Below, piece by piece: positions 40,233 through 49,758 of a DNA stretch of 64,000 nucleotides; position 1 is the first letter of the stretch, and each line of letters starts with the position of its first letter. A model generated the notes under the pieces. That model was not told the origin of the DNA. It worked only from the letters and a program-made list of their open reading frames with translations, and searched no databases. The position numbers and the translations under genes are program-made. This stretch comes from Desulfobacterales bacterium. GTDB lineage: Bacteria; Desulfobacterota; Desulfobacteria; Desulfobacterales; UBA2174. The stretch spans positions 352,001 to 416,000 of the forward strand of contig CAXXWC010000010.1 of assembly GCA_963668645.2 (NCBI GenBank), given 5' to 3'.

Positions 40233-40802
40233 TTGAGCATGAAAATTTACACGGGCAGCGGCGACAAGGGCAAGACGAGTCTTTTCAGCGGTGAGCGGAT
40301 CGCCAAGTCCGACCGGCGCATCGCCGCTTACGGCGATGTGGACGAACTCAACAGCATCCTGGGCATGCTGATCGCGGTGATGCCCGAAAAGCTGGCCGCA
40401 TGCCGCAATCTTCTGAGCGGCATCCAAAGCGATCTGCTCCACGTCGGCGCCTGGCTGGCCACCACGCCCGGGGCCCGGGCGGCCGGGCATCTCAAACCCT
40501 TCGACGATGACCGGGCCGCCGCCCTGGAAGCCGCCATCGACGCCATGGACGCCGAACTGCCGCCGCTGAAGCAGTTCGTCCTGCCCGGGGGGCATCCCGC
40601 AGCCTGCTGGGCCCACATGGCGCGAACGGTCTGCCGGCGGGCCGAACGCCTGGCCGTTGCCCGGGTGTCCGAAACGCCGGACGGTGGCAAGGGGCTGATT
40701 CCGATCCTGATCTACCTCAATCGTCTCTCGGATTACCTCTTCGTCCTGGCACGGTTCTGCAATCATACCATGGAGGTTGCCGAATCGCGTTGGGAGGACT
40801 GA
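40233..40802 (+). CDS. pduO: PduO-type ATP:cob(I)alamin adenosyltransferase
   Basis: KIYTGSGDKGKTSL, YGDVDELNS, FVLPGG, ARTVCRRAER, YLNRLSDYLF. Confidence 0.92.
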   Translation: MSMKIYTGSGDKGKTSLFSGERIAKSDRRIAAYGDVDELNSILGMLIAVMPEKLAACRNLLSGIQSDLLHVGAWLATTPGARAAGHLKPFDDDRAAALEAAIDAMDAELPPLKQFVLPGGHPAACWAHMARTVCRRAERLAVARVSETPDGGKGLIPILIYLNRLSDYLFVLARFCNHTMEVAESRWED

Positions 40803-40995
40803 GCTTGACACCCCATCCCATCTTTCTTATTTAGTGTCTGTCTGGAAACGGCATCTTCCGGCCCCTGGCGGCGTTCTGGCTCGTTTTCAATCCTCGAAAC
40901 AGCAGACGATGTCTCCGGTTGAAAACGCGCTCGGGCCTTGCCGGGAGCCAAGATCTGCCATTTCTGGACGGGCACTGTTTAAAAAACCAACCAAG

Positions 40996-41152
40996 TGCGG
41001 CACGAAGCCGCAGCGACGACCGAAAAAGACTCAGGACTTGCAAGCTTTACTGCGGCAGACCGTTTGACCTCTTTTTGCCGCGGTTCGAAACGTGCGCCAC
41101 GAAGGTTCACCCCCCTTGCCCGGACGGGCAGGAGAACCGTCGTGGCGTTTTT
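40996..41152 (+). promoter_or_regulatory. Tandem YGAA-hairpin attenuator candidate D
   Basis: TGCGGC-ACGAA-GCCGCA; GCC-ACGAA-GGT overlapping terminator CGCCACGAAGGTT...AACCGTCGTGGCG-TTTTT. Confidence 0.65.
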
Positions 41153-41233
41153 GTTGCAAGCCATCAGGTAAATGCTTTTCGCCAGGTGCAAGCCGAATCT
41201 GCCGGCACCCGCATGGCGGGGAAGGAATCGACC

Positions 41234-42382
41234 ATGGGTTTTTTGAATTTTTGGCGTCCGAACCGGTCCACAATCCGCCGCCCTTGGGTCTGGGCGGCAT
41301 GGATCCTCCTGCTCACGGGACCGGCCTGGGCCGCCGCCCCCCGCACGCTCACCGACGCCGCTGGCCGCAGCGTCACCGTTCCCGAAACGGTGGATCGGGT
41401 GATCTGCTCCGGGGCCGGGTGCCTGCGCCTGCTGACCTATCTCGGGGCCCAGGACCGCATCGTGGCCGTCGACAGTATCGAACTGCGAAACGAGGCGGTG
41501 GATGCCCGGCCCTATGCCATCGCCAATCCTCAATTCAAGAAGTACCCGCTCTTTGGGGAATTTCGCGGCCTGGACAATCCCGAACTTATCGCCGCCCTGA
41601 CGCCCCGACCCCAGGTGATCTTCAAGACCTATGCCAATCACGGCCCGGCCCCGGACCAGATTCAAGCCAAAACCGGAATCCCACTGGTGGTGCTGGAATA
41701 CGGCAACCTGACCTACGGCCGGGCCCAGCTCGACCAGGCCCTGCGGCTGATGGGACGAATAATGGGAAAAACCGACCGGGCCGAGACCGTGATCGCCTAT
41801 TTTGACGCCCTGGCAGAAGACCTGGACCGGCGCACCCGCGACCTGCCCCAAAATCGGCGCCCTTCGTGTTATATCGGCGGCATCGCCCAGGCCGGCCCCC
41901 ACGGATTCCAGTCCACCGAGCCGTCCTTCGCCCCCTTCGACCTCACCCGCGCCCGCAACGTGGCCGCCGGCATATCCAGTGCCGGCAAGCCGATCTCCTA
42001 TGCCAATGTCGCCAGGGAGCAGATCGTGGTATGGGACCCGGAGGTGATCTTTCTCGACGCTTCCACCCTGCGCCTGGACCCGGGCGCCAACGCCCTGGAC
42101 CAGTTGCGCCACGACCCGGCCTACCAGGCCCTCACGGCGGTCCACCGCGGCCGCGTCTACACCCTGTTCCCGTACAATTGCTACACCCAGAACTTCGAGG
42201 CCATCTTCGCCAACGCCTACTACGTCGGCAAGATGCTCTACCCGGAGCGTTTCGCCGATGTGGAGCCGCTGACCAAAGCCGAAGAGATCTGCACCTTCTT
42301 CAACGGGGCCCCGGCCTTTGAAATTATCAGGCAACAATTCGGGGGCCGCGTATTCATCCCCTTCCAGATAGGGGCCTTCTGA
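41234..42382 (+). CDS. Iron-chelate/cobalamin-type ABC substrate-binding protein
   Basis: TLTDAAGRSVTVPETVDRVI, EQIVVWDPEVIF, YYVGKMLYPERF. Confidence 0.88.
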   Translation: MGFLNFWRPNRSTIRRPWVWAAWILLLTGPAWAAAPRTLTDAAGRSVTVPETVDRVICSGAGCLRLLTYLGAQDRIVAVDSIELRNEAVDARPYAIANPQFKKYPLFGEFRGLDNPELIAALTPRPQVIFKTYANHGPAPDQIQAKTGIPLVVLEYGNLTYGRAQLDQALRLMGRIMGKTDRAETVIAYFDALAEDLDRRTRDLPQNRRPSCYIGGIAQAGPHGFQSTEPSFAPFDLTRARNVAAGISSAGKPISYANVAREQIVVWDPEVIFLDASTLRLDPGANALDQLRHDPAYQALTAVHRGRVYTLFPYNCYTQNFEAIFANAYYVGKMLYPERFADVEPLTKAEEICTFFNGAPAFEIIRQQFGGRVFIPFQIGAF

Positions 42383-42383
42383 C

Positions 42384-43457
42384 ATGTCGCACCTGGACCA
42401 TGGCTCGATCCCGGCCGCCTACAGCGCCTATGTGGGCCGCAAGGTCTCTTTTTTGGTGGGGTTGGCTCTTCTCGGGATCGTCCTGCTGGTGATAGCCATC
42501 TGCTTTGGCGCGGTGCGCGTGCCGGCCGGACAGGTCCTGCGGGCCCTGGCCGGCCTGGAGACCGACCCGCGCTTTGAGATCATCATCCGCAGCATCCGCC
42601 TGCCCCACGCCCTGGCCGCCCTGCTGGCCGGCACCGGCCTGGCGGCCGCCGGAGCGGCCATGCAGTCGATCCTGCGCAACCCGCTCGGGTCTCCCTTCAC
42701 CCTGGGACTCTTCCAGGCCGGGGCCTTCGGGGCCGCCTTTGCCGTCATGGTCCTGGGCACCGGCACCATGCAATCCACCTCGGTGGGCGCGGTGACCATC
42801 GCCAATCCCTATCTGACCACCCTGGCGGCCTTTACCGCTTGCATGGGCACCTCCCTGGTGATCATCGCCATCGCCCGGCTGCGCGGCACCACTCCGGAGG
42901 TGATGGTCCTGAGCGGGGTGGCCCTGGCATCCCTCTTTTCGGCCGGCACCATGTTCCTGCAATACTTTGCCGACGACGTACAACTGGCCGCCATGGTGTT
43001 CTGGACCTTCGGGGATGTGGGCCGGGCCGGGTGGCGCGAGGTCGGCTTCATGGCACTGACCGTAGTGGCGGGCGTGGCCTTTTTTGCCTGCAACCGCTGG
43101 AACTACAACGCCATCGACGCCGGCGACGAAACGGCCCGCAGCCTGGGGGTACGGGTGGAGCGGGTGCGCATGCTCGGCATGATCATGGCCTCGCTGATCA
43201 CCGCCATCATCGTTTCTTTTCTGGGCGTGATCGGATTCGTGGGATTGATCTGCCCGCACATCGTAAGGCGTCTCATCGGCGACGACCACCGTTTCGTGCT
43301 GCCGGCCGCCAGCCTGAGCGGGGCCGTGCTGCTGCTCGCCTCGGACACGGTGGCCCGGCTCCTGCTGGCTCCCCATGTGCTGCCGGTAGCCGTGCTGACG
43401 GCATTTCTCGGGGCACCCACTTTTCTTTACCTGCTTATCCGGGGACGGTGGCGCTGA
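42384..43457 (+). CDS. FecCD-family ABC permease
   Basis: IRLP, MQSILRNPL, GDETARSLGV, IGFVGLICPHIVR. Confidence 0.92.
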   Translation: MSHLDHGSIPAAYSAYVGRKVSFLVGLALLGIVLLVIAICFGAVRVPAGQVLRALAGLETDPRFEIIIRSIRLPHALAALLAGTGLAAAGAAMQSILRNPLGSPFTLGLFQAGAFGAAFAVMVLGTGTMQSTSVGAVTIANPYLTTLAAFTACMGTSLVIIAIARLRGTTPEVMVLSGVALASLFSAGTMFLQYFADDVQLAAMVFWTFGDVGRAGWREVGFMALTVVAGVAFFACNRWNYNAIDAGDETARSLGVRVERVRMLGMIMASLITAIIVSFLGVIGFVGLICPHIVRRLIGDDHRFVLPAASLSGAVLLLASDTVARLLLAPHVLPVAVLTAFLGAPTFLYLLIRGRWR

Positions 43458-44224
43458 TGCTGTCGGTACAAGACATCCGTGTAGGCTACAACGGTTCGGG
43501 CCTGGTCCTCGAAGACCTGGGGTTTACCCTCAGGGCCGGGGAGGCCCTGGCCATTCTGGGCCCCAACGGGGTGGGCAAGACGACCCTGCTGCGCTGCATC
43601 AACGCCATGATCAAACCCCAGGCCGGCAGCGTCAAGATCGAAAATGAGGATGTCTTTGCCATGCGCAGCGGCCAGATCGCCCGGCGCCTGGGCTACGTGG
43701 CCCAGCACAGCCAGCCCGGCCGCATGACCACCTTCGACGCAGTGCTGCTGGGCCGCAAACCCCACATGGGCTGGAAGGTCGGCCGCGAGGATCTGCACAA
43801 GGTGGCGGCCGTCCTGCACCAGCTCGGTCTCGAGCACCTGGCCCTGCGCGACATCAACGCCATGAGCGGCGGCGAGCTGCAAAAGGTCTGCGTCGCCCGG
43901 GCCCTGGTCCAGGAACCGCGGGTCCTGCTTTTGGACGAGCCCACCAGCAGCCTGGATCTGAAAAACCAGCTCGACATCCTGGGGACCATCCACCGGGTGG
44001 TCAGGGAACACGAACTGGCCGCGGTGATGACCATGCACGATCTCAACCTGGCCCTGCGCTTCGTGGATCGGTTCTTGTTCATCAAACAGGGAAAGGTCTT
44101 CGCCTGGGGGCGGCCCGAGCAGATCAGCGCCGAGATGGTGGCCGCGGTCTACGGCGTGCAGGTGGACATCCTGCACCACGGCGGGCAGGTGGTGGTGGTG
44201 CCCAACGATAAAAACGGCCAATGA
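43457..44224 (+). CDS. ABC ATP-binding protein (FepC-like)
   Basis: GPNGVGKT, MSGGE, LLLDEPT, MHDLN. Confidence 0.92.
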   Translation: MLSVQDIRVGYNGSGLVLEDLGFTLRAGEALAILGPNGVGKTTLLRCINAMIKPQAGSVKIENEDVFAMRSGQIARRLGYVAQHSQPGRMTTFDAVLLGRKPHMGWKVGREDLHKVAAVLHQLGLEHLALRDINAMSGGELQKVCVARALVQEPRVLLLDEPTSSLDLKNQLDILGTIHRVVREHELAAVMTMHDLNLALRFVDRFLFIKQGKVFAWGRPEQISAEMVAAVYGVQVDILHHGGQVVVVPNDKNGQ

Positions 44225-44263
44225 CGTTACACCCGACTGCAACGATATGGAACGGAGGCTTGT

Positions 44264-44878
44264 ATGACCGCCCAAGAAGTGTTGAACCGCGAGGATTTCA
44301 AGCGCTGTCTGGAATTTCACGGCCACCTGTGCCCGGGGGTATCCATCGGCTACCGGGCCGCCCGGGCCGCCATGGACCGGTTGGCAGCCCAGCGCGCCGA
44401 GGACGAAGAGGTGGTGGCCGTGGTGGAAACCGACGCCTGTTCGGCCGACGCGATCCAGGTGCTTACCGGATGCACCTTCGGCAAGGGCAACTTCATCTAC
44501 CGCGACTACGGCAAGATGGTCCTGACCCTGTTGAGCCGCCAGACGGGCAACGGCGTGCGCGTGGCCATGAAACCGGGCGCCTTCGCCCCGGATCCCGAGC
44601 ACCTGGCCCTGATCGGGAAGGTCACCCGCGGCGAGGCCGACGCCGCCGAACGGGAGCGTTTCGACCAGCGCCACCGCCAGCGTAGCCACGAAATCCTGGA
44701 AATGCCGGTCGAGGCCCTGTTCAAAATCGAATCGGTTGTAGTGGAGCTGCCGCCCAAGGCCCGTATCGCCGGAAGCGAACCGTGCGCCCGGTGCGGCGAG
44801 CCCACCATGGCCACCAAGATGGAAGAACGGGACGGGCAAAAGTTTTGCCGCGATTGTGCCGGCCGCACGCCCGGTTGA
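44264..44878 (+). CDS. FmdE-family protein
   Basis: FHGHLCPG, ETDACSADAIQVLTGCTFGKGN, CARCGE...CRDC. Confidence 0.9.
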   Translation: MTAQEVLNREDFKRCLEFHGHLCPGVSIGYRAARAAMDRLAAQRAEDEEVVAVVETDACSADAIQVLTGCTFGKGNFIYRDYGKMVLTLLSRQTGNGVRVAMKPGAFAPDPEHLALIGKVTRGEADAAERERFDQRHRQRSHEILEMPVEALFKIESVVVELPPKARIAGSEPCARCGEPTMATKMEERDGQKFCRDCAGRTPG

Positions 44879-44964
44879 CCGCTCCAGCCGTTTTTCTGCC
44901 GGGGCGGGATCGATCCCCGCCCCGGTTCGTTAAAACCGCCTTTTTCAAAGTGAGGTTGGATGCC

Positions 44965-45522
44965 ATGAACGCCCCATCTCAAGAGCACCCTTTGACCATT
45001 CACCCGCTGGGCGTGGTGCACAGCCAAATCAAAACGCCGATGCTGACGGCCACCGACAACGGGTTGACCCTCAACGAACGCAAAGACAAAATCCGCCAGG
45101 CCATCCGCAAGGTACGATCGGCCGAGGCCGAACTGGTCATCGACCCCGCACTGGGAGAAGAAATTTTACAAGGGGTGGAGGACTTTTCCCATATTCTGGT
45201 CCTCTACTGGCCCCATCTGCTGCCGGAAGAAAGGCGCCGGTTGCGCCAGGTCCATCCCATGGGACGCAGCGACCTGCCGCGCCAGGGTATTTTCGCCACC
45301 TGCAGCCCGGCCCGGCCCAACCCGGTCCTGGTTTCGGCGGTGCGGCTGCTGGAACGCCGGGCCAACGTCCTGCGGGTCCGGGGCCTGGATGCGGTGGACG
45401 GCAGCCTGATCGTGGACATCAAGCCCTACGTGCATCATTCAATGGCGCTGGAAGGAACCGCCGTGCCCGAATGGATGGACCGGATCCACCGGGAGCTGGA
45501 AGAAGATACCGGGGCCCCATGA
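44965..45522 (+). CDS. TsaA/TrmO-like SAM-binding methyltransferase
   Basis: FSHILVLYW.H, GIFATCSPARPNP, GLDAVDGS.IVDIKPY. Confidence 0.85.
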   Translation: MNAPSQEHPLTIHPLGVVHSQIKTPMLTATDNGLTLNERKDKIRQAIRKVRSAEAELVIDPALGEEILQGVEDFSHILVLYWPHLLPEERRRLRQVHPMGRSDLPRQGIFATCSPARPNPVLVSAVRLLERRANVLRVRGLDAVDGSLIVDIKPYVHHSMALEGTAVPEWMDRIHRELEEDTGAP

Positions 45523-46400
45523 CCGACACCGCTACCTGCAACACCGATCCTCGTCCCCCGGCCCCGGAGGCCGTAGACTGGAACACGGTCTGGCGCCGTC
45601 AGATCCGGCTGCGAAAGGAAAACGGGGCGCGCGAATGCGCCGCCCTGTGGCAGCGGCCCGAACATGCCCGGCGCTACCTGGAGGCGATGCAGGCCAACAA
45701 TCCCGAATACTATGAACACACCATAGGGGCCATATCCCTCGAGCCGCATTTCAACGTCCTGGACATCGGTACCGGCCCCGGTACCATGACCCTGCCCATG
45801 GCCCGGCGGGCGGCCCACATCACCGCGGTGGAGCCGGCGGCCGGGATGGCCGATCTGCTCGAGGACCGCTGCCGCACCGAGAAGGTCGCCAACGTGCACT
45901 GTCTTCGCAAACGGTGGGAAGACCTGGATCCTGCGGCTGACCTGCAAGGCCCCTATGACGTGGTGGTGGCCGCCTTTTCCCTGGGCATGGAAGACCTGGC
46001 CGCGGCCATCGCAAAGATGAACCGGATATCTACCGGCACGGTCTATCTGTTCTGGTTCGCCGGGACCAGCACCTGGGAACGGCTTTACCGGGATTTATGG
46101 CCCCAACTGCACGGCCGTCCCTACCATCCCGGCCCCAAGGCGGACGTGATCTACAATCTGCTCTACCGGATGGGCATCTACCCGGACATGACGGTATTCC
46201 CCTTCCGTTCGCGCCTGCACTTTGCCACCTTCGATCAGGCCCTCGAAGAGTTCGGCCACCGGCTGGGGGTGGCCGATCCCCGGACCGCGCAGCCCCTGCG
46301 CGCCTTTCTCGAAACTCAACTGCAAAACGACGGCAGCGGTCTTGTACTGCCCCACCAAGCCACCTGCGTACGCTTTCGCTGGCCGGCGGCCGGGCGTTGA
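45519..46400 (+). CDS. Class I SAM-dependent methyltransferase
   Basis: VLDIGTGPG, TAVEP, YDVVVA. Confidence 0.85.
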   Translation: MTDTATCNTDPRPPAPEAVDWNTVWRRQIRLRKENGARECAALWQRPEHARRYLEAMQANNPEYYEHTIGAISLEPHFNVLDIGTGPGTMTLPMARRAAHITAVEPAAGMADLLEDRCRTEKVANVHCLRKRWEDLDPAADLQGPYDVVVAAFSLGMEDLAAAIAKMNRISTGTVYLFWFAGTSTWERLYRDLWPQLHGRPYHPGPKADVIYNLLYRMGIYPDMTVFPFRSRLHFATFDQALEEFGHRLGVADPRTAQPLRAFLETQLQNDGSGLVLPHQATCVRFRWPAAGR

Positions 46401-46483
46401 GACTCCCTTGCGCCGCTGACTAGGGTCGATTGGGGGTTGTGCGAACGACCCAACCCAGCGGAAAAATTGTTTGCACTCAACAG

Positions 46484-46509
46484 CAACACATGTTACACAA
46501 CAACCGTTG
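46484..46509. promoter_or_regulatory. Tandem TetR operator candidate
   Basis: CAACACATGTTA-CA-CAACAACCGTTG upstream of tetR. Confidence 0.6.
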
Positions 46510-46557
46510 CTGATTGTGTCCCAAGCCGCTCCCCAACCTTCCCCCAGCAGGTGACCG

Positions 46558-47163
46558 ATGCCGCCAAAACAACGATTCTGCGCCGCGGATGTGGCCGACG
46601 CCGCCTTTGCCGTCGTGCGCCGCAGCGGTTGGAAAGGGCTCTCGGCGCGCACCATCGCCACCGAGTTAAACGCTTCGACCCGCCCGATCTACGACCATCT
46701 GCGATCGATGCAGGCCATCGAGGAGGAGGTGGTGCACCGCGTGCTGAACATGTTCTTCGAGTATCTGAGCACCCCGGCCACCGGAGACCGGTGGCTCGAC
46801 CAGGCCCTGGGGTATCTTCGCTTCGCCCGCGAGGAGAAGCATCTTTTCCGCTGCATCAACGACGAGCAGCACATCCAGATCCAAAAGAAGCTCACCCGCC
46901 CGATGTGGCAGGCACTCGGCCAACAACTCGACGAGGATCCGCGCTTTGCCGACCTGGCGCCCGCATTGAAAAACCACATCCGCAAGGTGCGCTGGTTTTT
47001 CCTCCACGGCATGGCGCACCTGGTCAACACCGGATGGTTTGCCATTGCCGAAGACGACGCCGAGGCGGCCGCCGCAACGGTCGAAACGCTCACGCAGGAG
47101 TTCTTGCAGGACGTCAACGCAGTGATCTACGAAGGATTCGCGGGCCGAAAAAAGGTGGAGTAG
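46558..47163 (+). CDS. TetR/AcrR family regulator
   Basis: GWKGLSARTIATELNASTRPIYDH HTH. Confidence 0.85.
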   Translation: MPPKQRFCAADVADAAFAVVRRSGWKGLSARTIATELNASTRPIYDHLRSMQAIEEEVVHRVLNMFFEYLSTPATGDRWLDQALGYLRFAREEKHLFRCINDEQHIQIQKKLTRPMWQALGQQLDEDPRFADLAPALKNHIRKVRWFFLHGMAHLVNTGWFAIAEDDAEAAAATVETLTQEFLQDVNAVIYEGFAGRKKVE

Positions 47164-47184
47164 CCATTTTTTTCGGCAAATAAA

Positions 47185-47210
47185 CAACAACTGTTGTGCA
47201 ACAAGCGTTG
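47185..47210. promoter_or_regulatory. Tandem TetR operator candidate
   Basis: CAACAACTGTTG-TG-CAACAAGCGTTG, 5 nt before ATG 47216. Confidence 0.65.
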
Positions 47211-47215
47211 TCCCC

Positions 47216-48085
47216 ATGCTCCCGCAATGCCAAAGCATCACCGCCGAGCATAACGCCGCCTTGCGGGCCATCGAAGCGTTGCGTGCGCCCGCCGAAAGGC
47301 TTTGCTTCGATCCGTGGGCGCGCTTCTTCGTGCCCCCGCGCCTGGCCGCGGCCGTGGCGTCCATCCACAGAGGCCGGCAGCTTATCGAGCGCTGGGAAAC
47401 CGTGGTGCCAGGGGTCTGCGGGGCGATCCTGGCCCGAACCGCATTCATCGACGCCTGCCTCAATCGGGCTCTTGGCCGCGGCATCGAGCAACTGGTCATC
47501 CTCGGGGCCGGATTCGATACCCGCGCCTTGCGCTTCGCGCCCTTTGCCGCCGGTGTGCGCGTCTTCGAGCTGGATCATCCGGCCACCCAGGCCGTCAAAA
47601 TCGCCCGGCTGAGCCGGGTTTGCCGGCCGCTTCCAGACCACATCCACTTTATCCCGATCCGGTTCGAGACCGAGGATGCGGGCGCCAAACTGCTGGCCCA
47701 GGGCTACGACCCGAAACGGCGCACCTTCTTCATTTGGGAGGGGGTGACCTACTATCTCGGCGCGGCGGCGGTGGATGCGCTTTTCGGTTTTATCGCCAAC
47801 CACGGGCCCGCGGGCAGTCGGCTGGTCTTTGACTATCTGGACCCTGCGGTCATCGAGGGCACCTGTGCGCGGCCCGAAGCGGCCGGCTTGCGCCTCAGCC
47901 TGGCCCGCTTCGGTGAAGCGTTGCGATTCGGCATCCGGCCGGCAAGTCTCGGCGACTTCCTGCAGCAGCGCCGATTCACCCTTGTCGCGCAGATGCGAAG
48001 CGACCGCTATAGTCCGCGGCGCGGTTGCTCACCGTTGTTTTTCTTCGTCCAGGCCAAAATCACGGGTACACCGCGCCGCGTGTAA
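47216..48085 (+). CDS. Leucine-carboxyl-methyltransferase-like SAM methyltransferase
   Basis: ARTAFID, QLVILGAGFDTR, VFELDHP, WEGVTYYL. Confidence 0.88.
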   Translation: MLPQCQSITAEHNAALRAIEALRAPAERLCFDPWARFFVPPRLAAAVASIHRGRQLIERWETVVPGVCGAILARTAFIDACLNRALGRGIEQLVILGAGFDTRALRFAPFAAGVRVFELDHPATQAVKIARLSRVCRPLPDHIHFIPIRFETEDAGAKLLAQGYDPKRRTFFIWEGVTYYLGAAAVDALFGFIANHGPAGSRLVFDYLDPAVIEGTCARPEAAGLRLSLARFGEALRFGIRPASLGDFLQQRRFTLVAQMRSDRYSPRRGCSPLFFFVQAKITGTPRRV

Positions 48086-48138
48086 ACACGGTTCCGGCCG
48101 CTGGACGCTCAACCGCCAACGCCGAAAGGAGAAGCTCC

Positions 48139-49692
48139 ATGGGTGATCCGAAAAGACCGAATCGAAGAAGGGCTGCGGCCGTGCATCGATCCGTTTGCAT
48201 CTGTCTCGTCCTGGCGCTGTTGACCGCCAGCGCTTGCATGGCCGCGTCGGGTGAGGGGCTGTCCGGGCGTATCCTGACCTTCGGGGTCGAAAACGAGTTC
48301 GGCGGCTTCGATGCGCTCAAAGCCGCCGGGTTTGCCATCTGTGACGCCATCGCCTTGCACACGATCTGCGAGCGGCTCTTTGACATGGACGCCGACGGCC
48401 GCCTCGTGCCGGTTCTGGGGCTTTCGGCCGAGACCAGTCCCGACGGCCGGATCTGGACCATCCGGCTGCGCCAGGACGTGGTCTTTCATGACGGCACGCC
48501 CTTTAACGCCGAGGCCGTCACGGCCCACTGGAAACGGATGATCACCCCGGAAAACCGTTATCGCGACCGGGCCCTGATGGACGTGATCGAGGCGGTCGAA
48601 GCGGTCGATGCCTTCACGGTGCGCTTCCGCCTGAGCCATGCCTGGCTGCCGTTCGCCGGCCTGCTGTGCAACCCGCGCACCCTGACCGCCTACATCCCCT
48701 CGCCGGCCGCCATGGACGCCGATCGCCAGTTGCGCGCCCCAGTGGGAACCGGCCCCTTCATGTTCAAAGAGTGGGTTTCCGGAGATCGTTTCGTGGTGGT
48801 GCGCAACCCTCACTACTGGCAGGCGGATCGCCCCCGGCTTGACGCCATCGTCTTCAGGCCGGTGCCCGACGAGCAGACCCGCTACGCCAGCCTGGCGGCT
48901 GGCGATCTCGACCTGATCTGGACCGACCGCGGCCAGCTCATCGAAAAGGCCGCCGCCGATCCGGCCATCCGCCATTATCAGGGCGAGGGCAACGGGGCTG
49001 AGATCATCATCTTCAACACCGCCGTTGCGCCCTTCGACGACGTCCGCGTGCGCCAGGCGCTGGCCCACGCCTGGAACCAGCCGCTTTACGTACATCTGAA
49101 CTACAAGGACTGCATCCCCGCCGTCGAGCATCCCCTGGGCGCGGGAGCCTGCAGCCAAACCGGCTATCGCGGTGTCGACCTGGACGCCGCCCGGCGGCTG
49201 ATCGCCGCCGTCGGCCGGCCGATCGACTTCGAATGTCTCCACTCCAACAGCCAGCGCGGCCGCGAAATCGGTGAAATCATGCAACAGTTCTTCCAGCCTT
49301 TGGGCGTGACGGTACGGCCTCTGGGGCTGAGCTTCGGCGCGGTGATCAAGAAAGTCGTCACCGGCGACTACCAGGCCTCGACTTGGCGCATCCCGCCGAG
49401 TCTCGACTGCGGCCCCCACCTCTACCTCACGTTCCACTCCAAAAGCCGGCGCAACTGGAGCCATTACCACAACCCGCAGATGGACCGGCTTCTGGAAGAC
49501 CAGCGCCGCGAGAGCGACCCGGTCCGACGGGCGGCCCTTTTGTGCGATGTGGCCGCGCTGATCAACCGCGACGTGCCGATCCTCTACCGCGGCGGCAAAC
49601 GCTTCCACGTGCTGGCGGCCGCCAAGGTCAAGGGCATCGATCCGATCCGTCACGGCATCCCCGATCTGGGCGCCGCCTGGATCGAGGATTGA
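48139..49692 (+). CDS. ABC substrate-binding protein family 5 (peptide/nickel)
   Basis: LRQDVVFHDGTPFNAEAV, PVGTGPF, PFDDVRVRQA. Confidence 0.9.
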   Translation: MGDPKRPNRRRAAAVHRSVCICLVLALLTASACMAASGEGLSGRILTFGVENEFGGFDALKAAGFAICDAIALHTICERLFDMDADGRLVPVLGLSAETSPDGRIWTIRLRQDVVFHDGTPFNAEAVTAHWKRMITPENRYRDRALMDVIEAVEAVDAFTVRFRLSHAWLPFAGLLCNPRTLTAYIPSPAAMDADRQLRAPVGTGPFMFKEWVSGDRFVVVRNPHYWQADRPRLDAIVFRPVPDEQTRYASLAAGDLDLIWTDRGQLIEKAAADPAIRHYQGEGNGAEIIIFNTAVAPFDDVRVRQALAHAWNQPLYVHLNYKDCIPAVEHPLGAGACSQTGYRGVDLDAARRLIAAVGRPIDFECLHSNSQRGREIGEIMQQFFQPLGVTVRPLGLSFGAVIKKVVTGDYQASTWRIPPSLDCGPHLYLTFHSKSRRNWSHYHNPQMDRLLEDQRRESDPVRRAALLCDVAALINRDVPILYRGGKRFHVLAAAKVKGIDPIRHGIPDLGAAWIED

Positions 49693-49758
49693 AAAAAGGC
49701 TGGCAAGATTGCCCTTGATGCCGGATGATGGGGGCCATCCCAACTTCAGGAAAAGATC

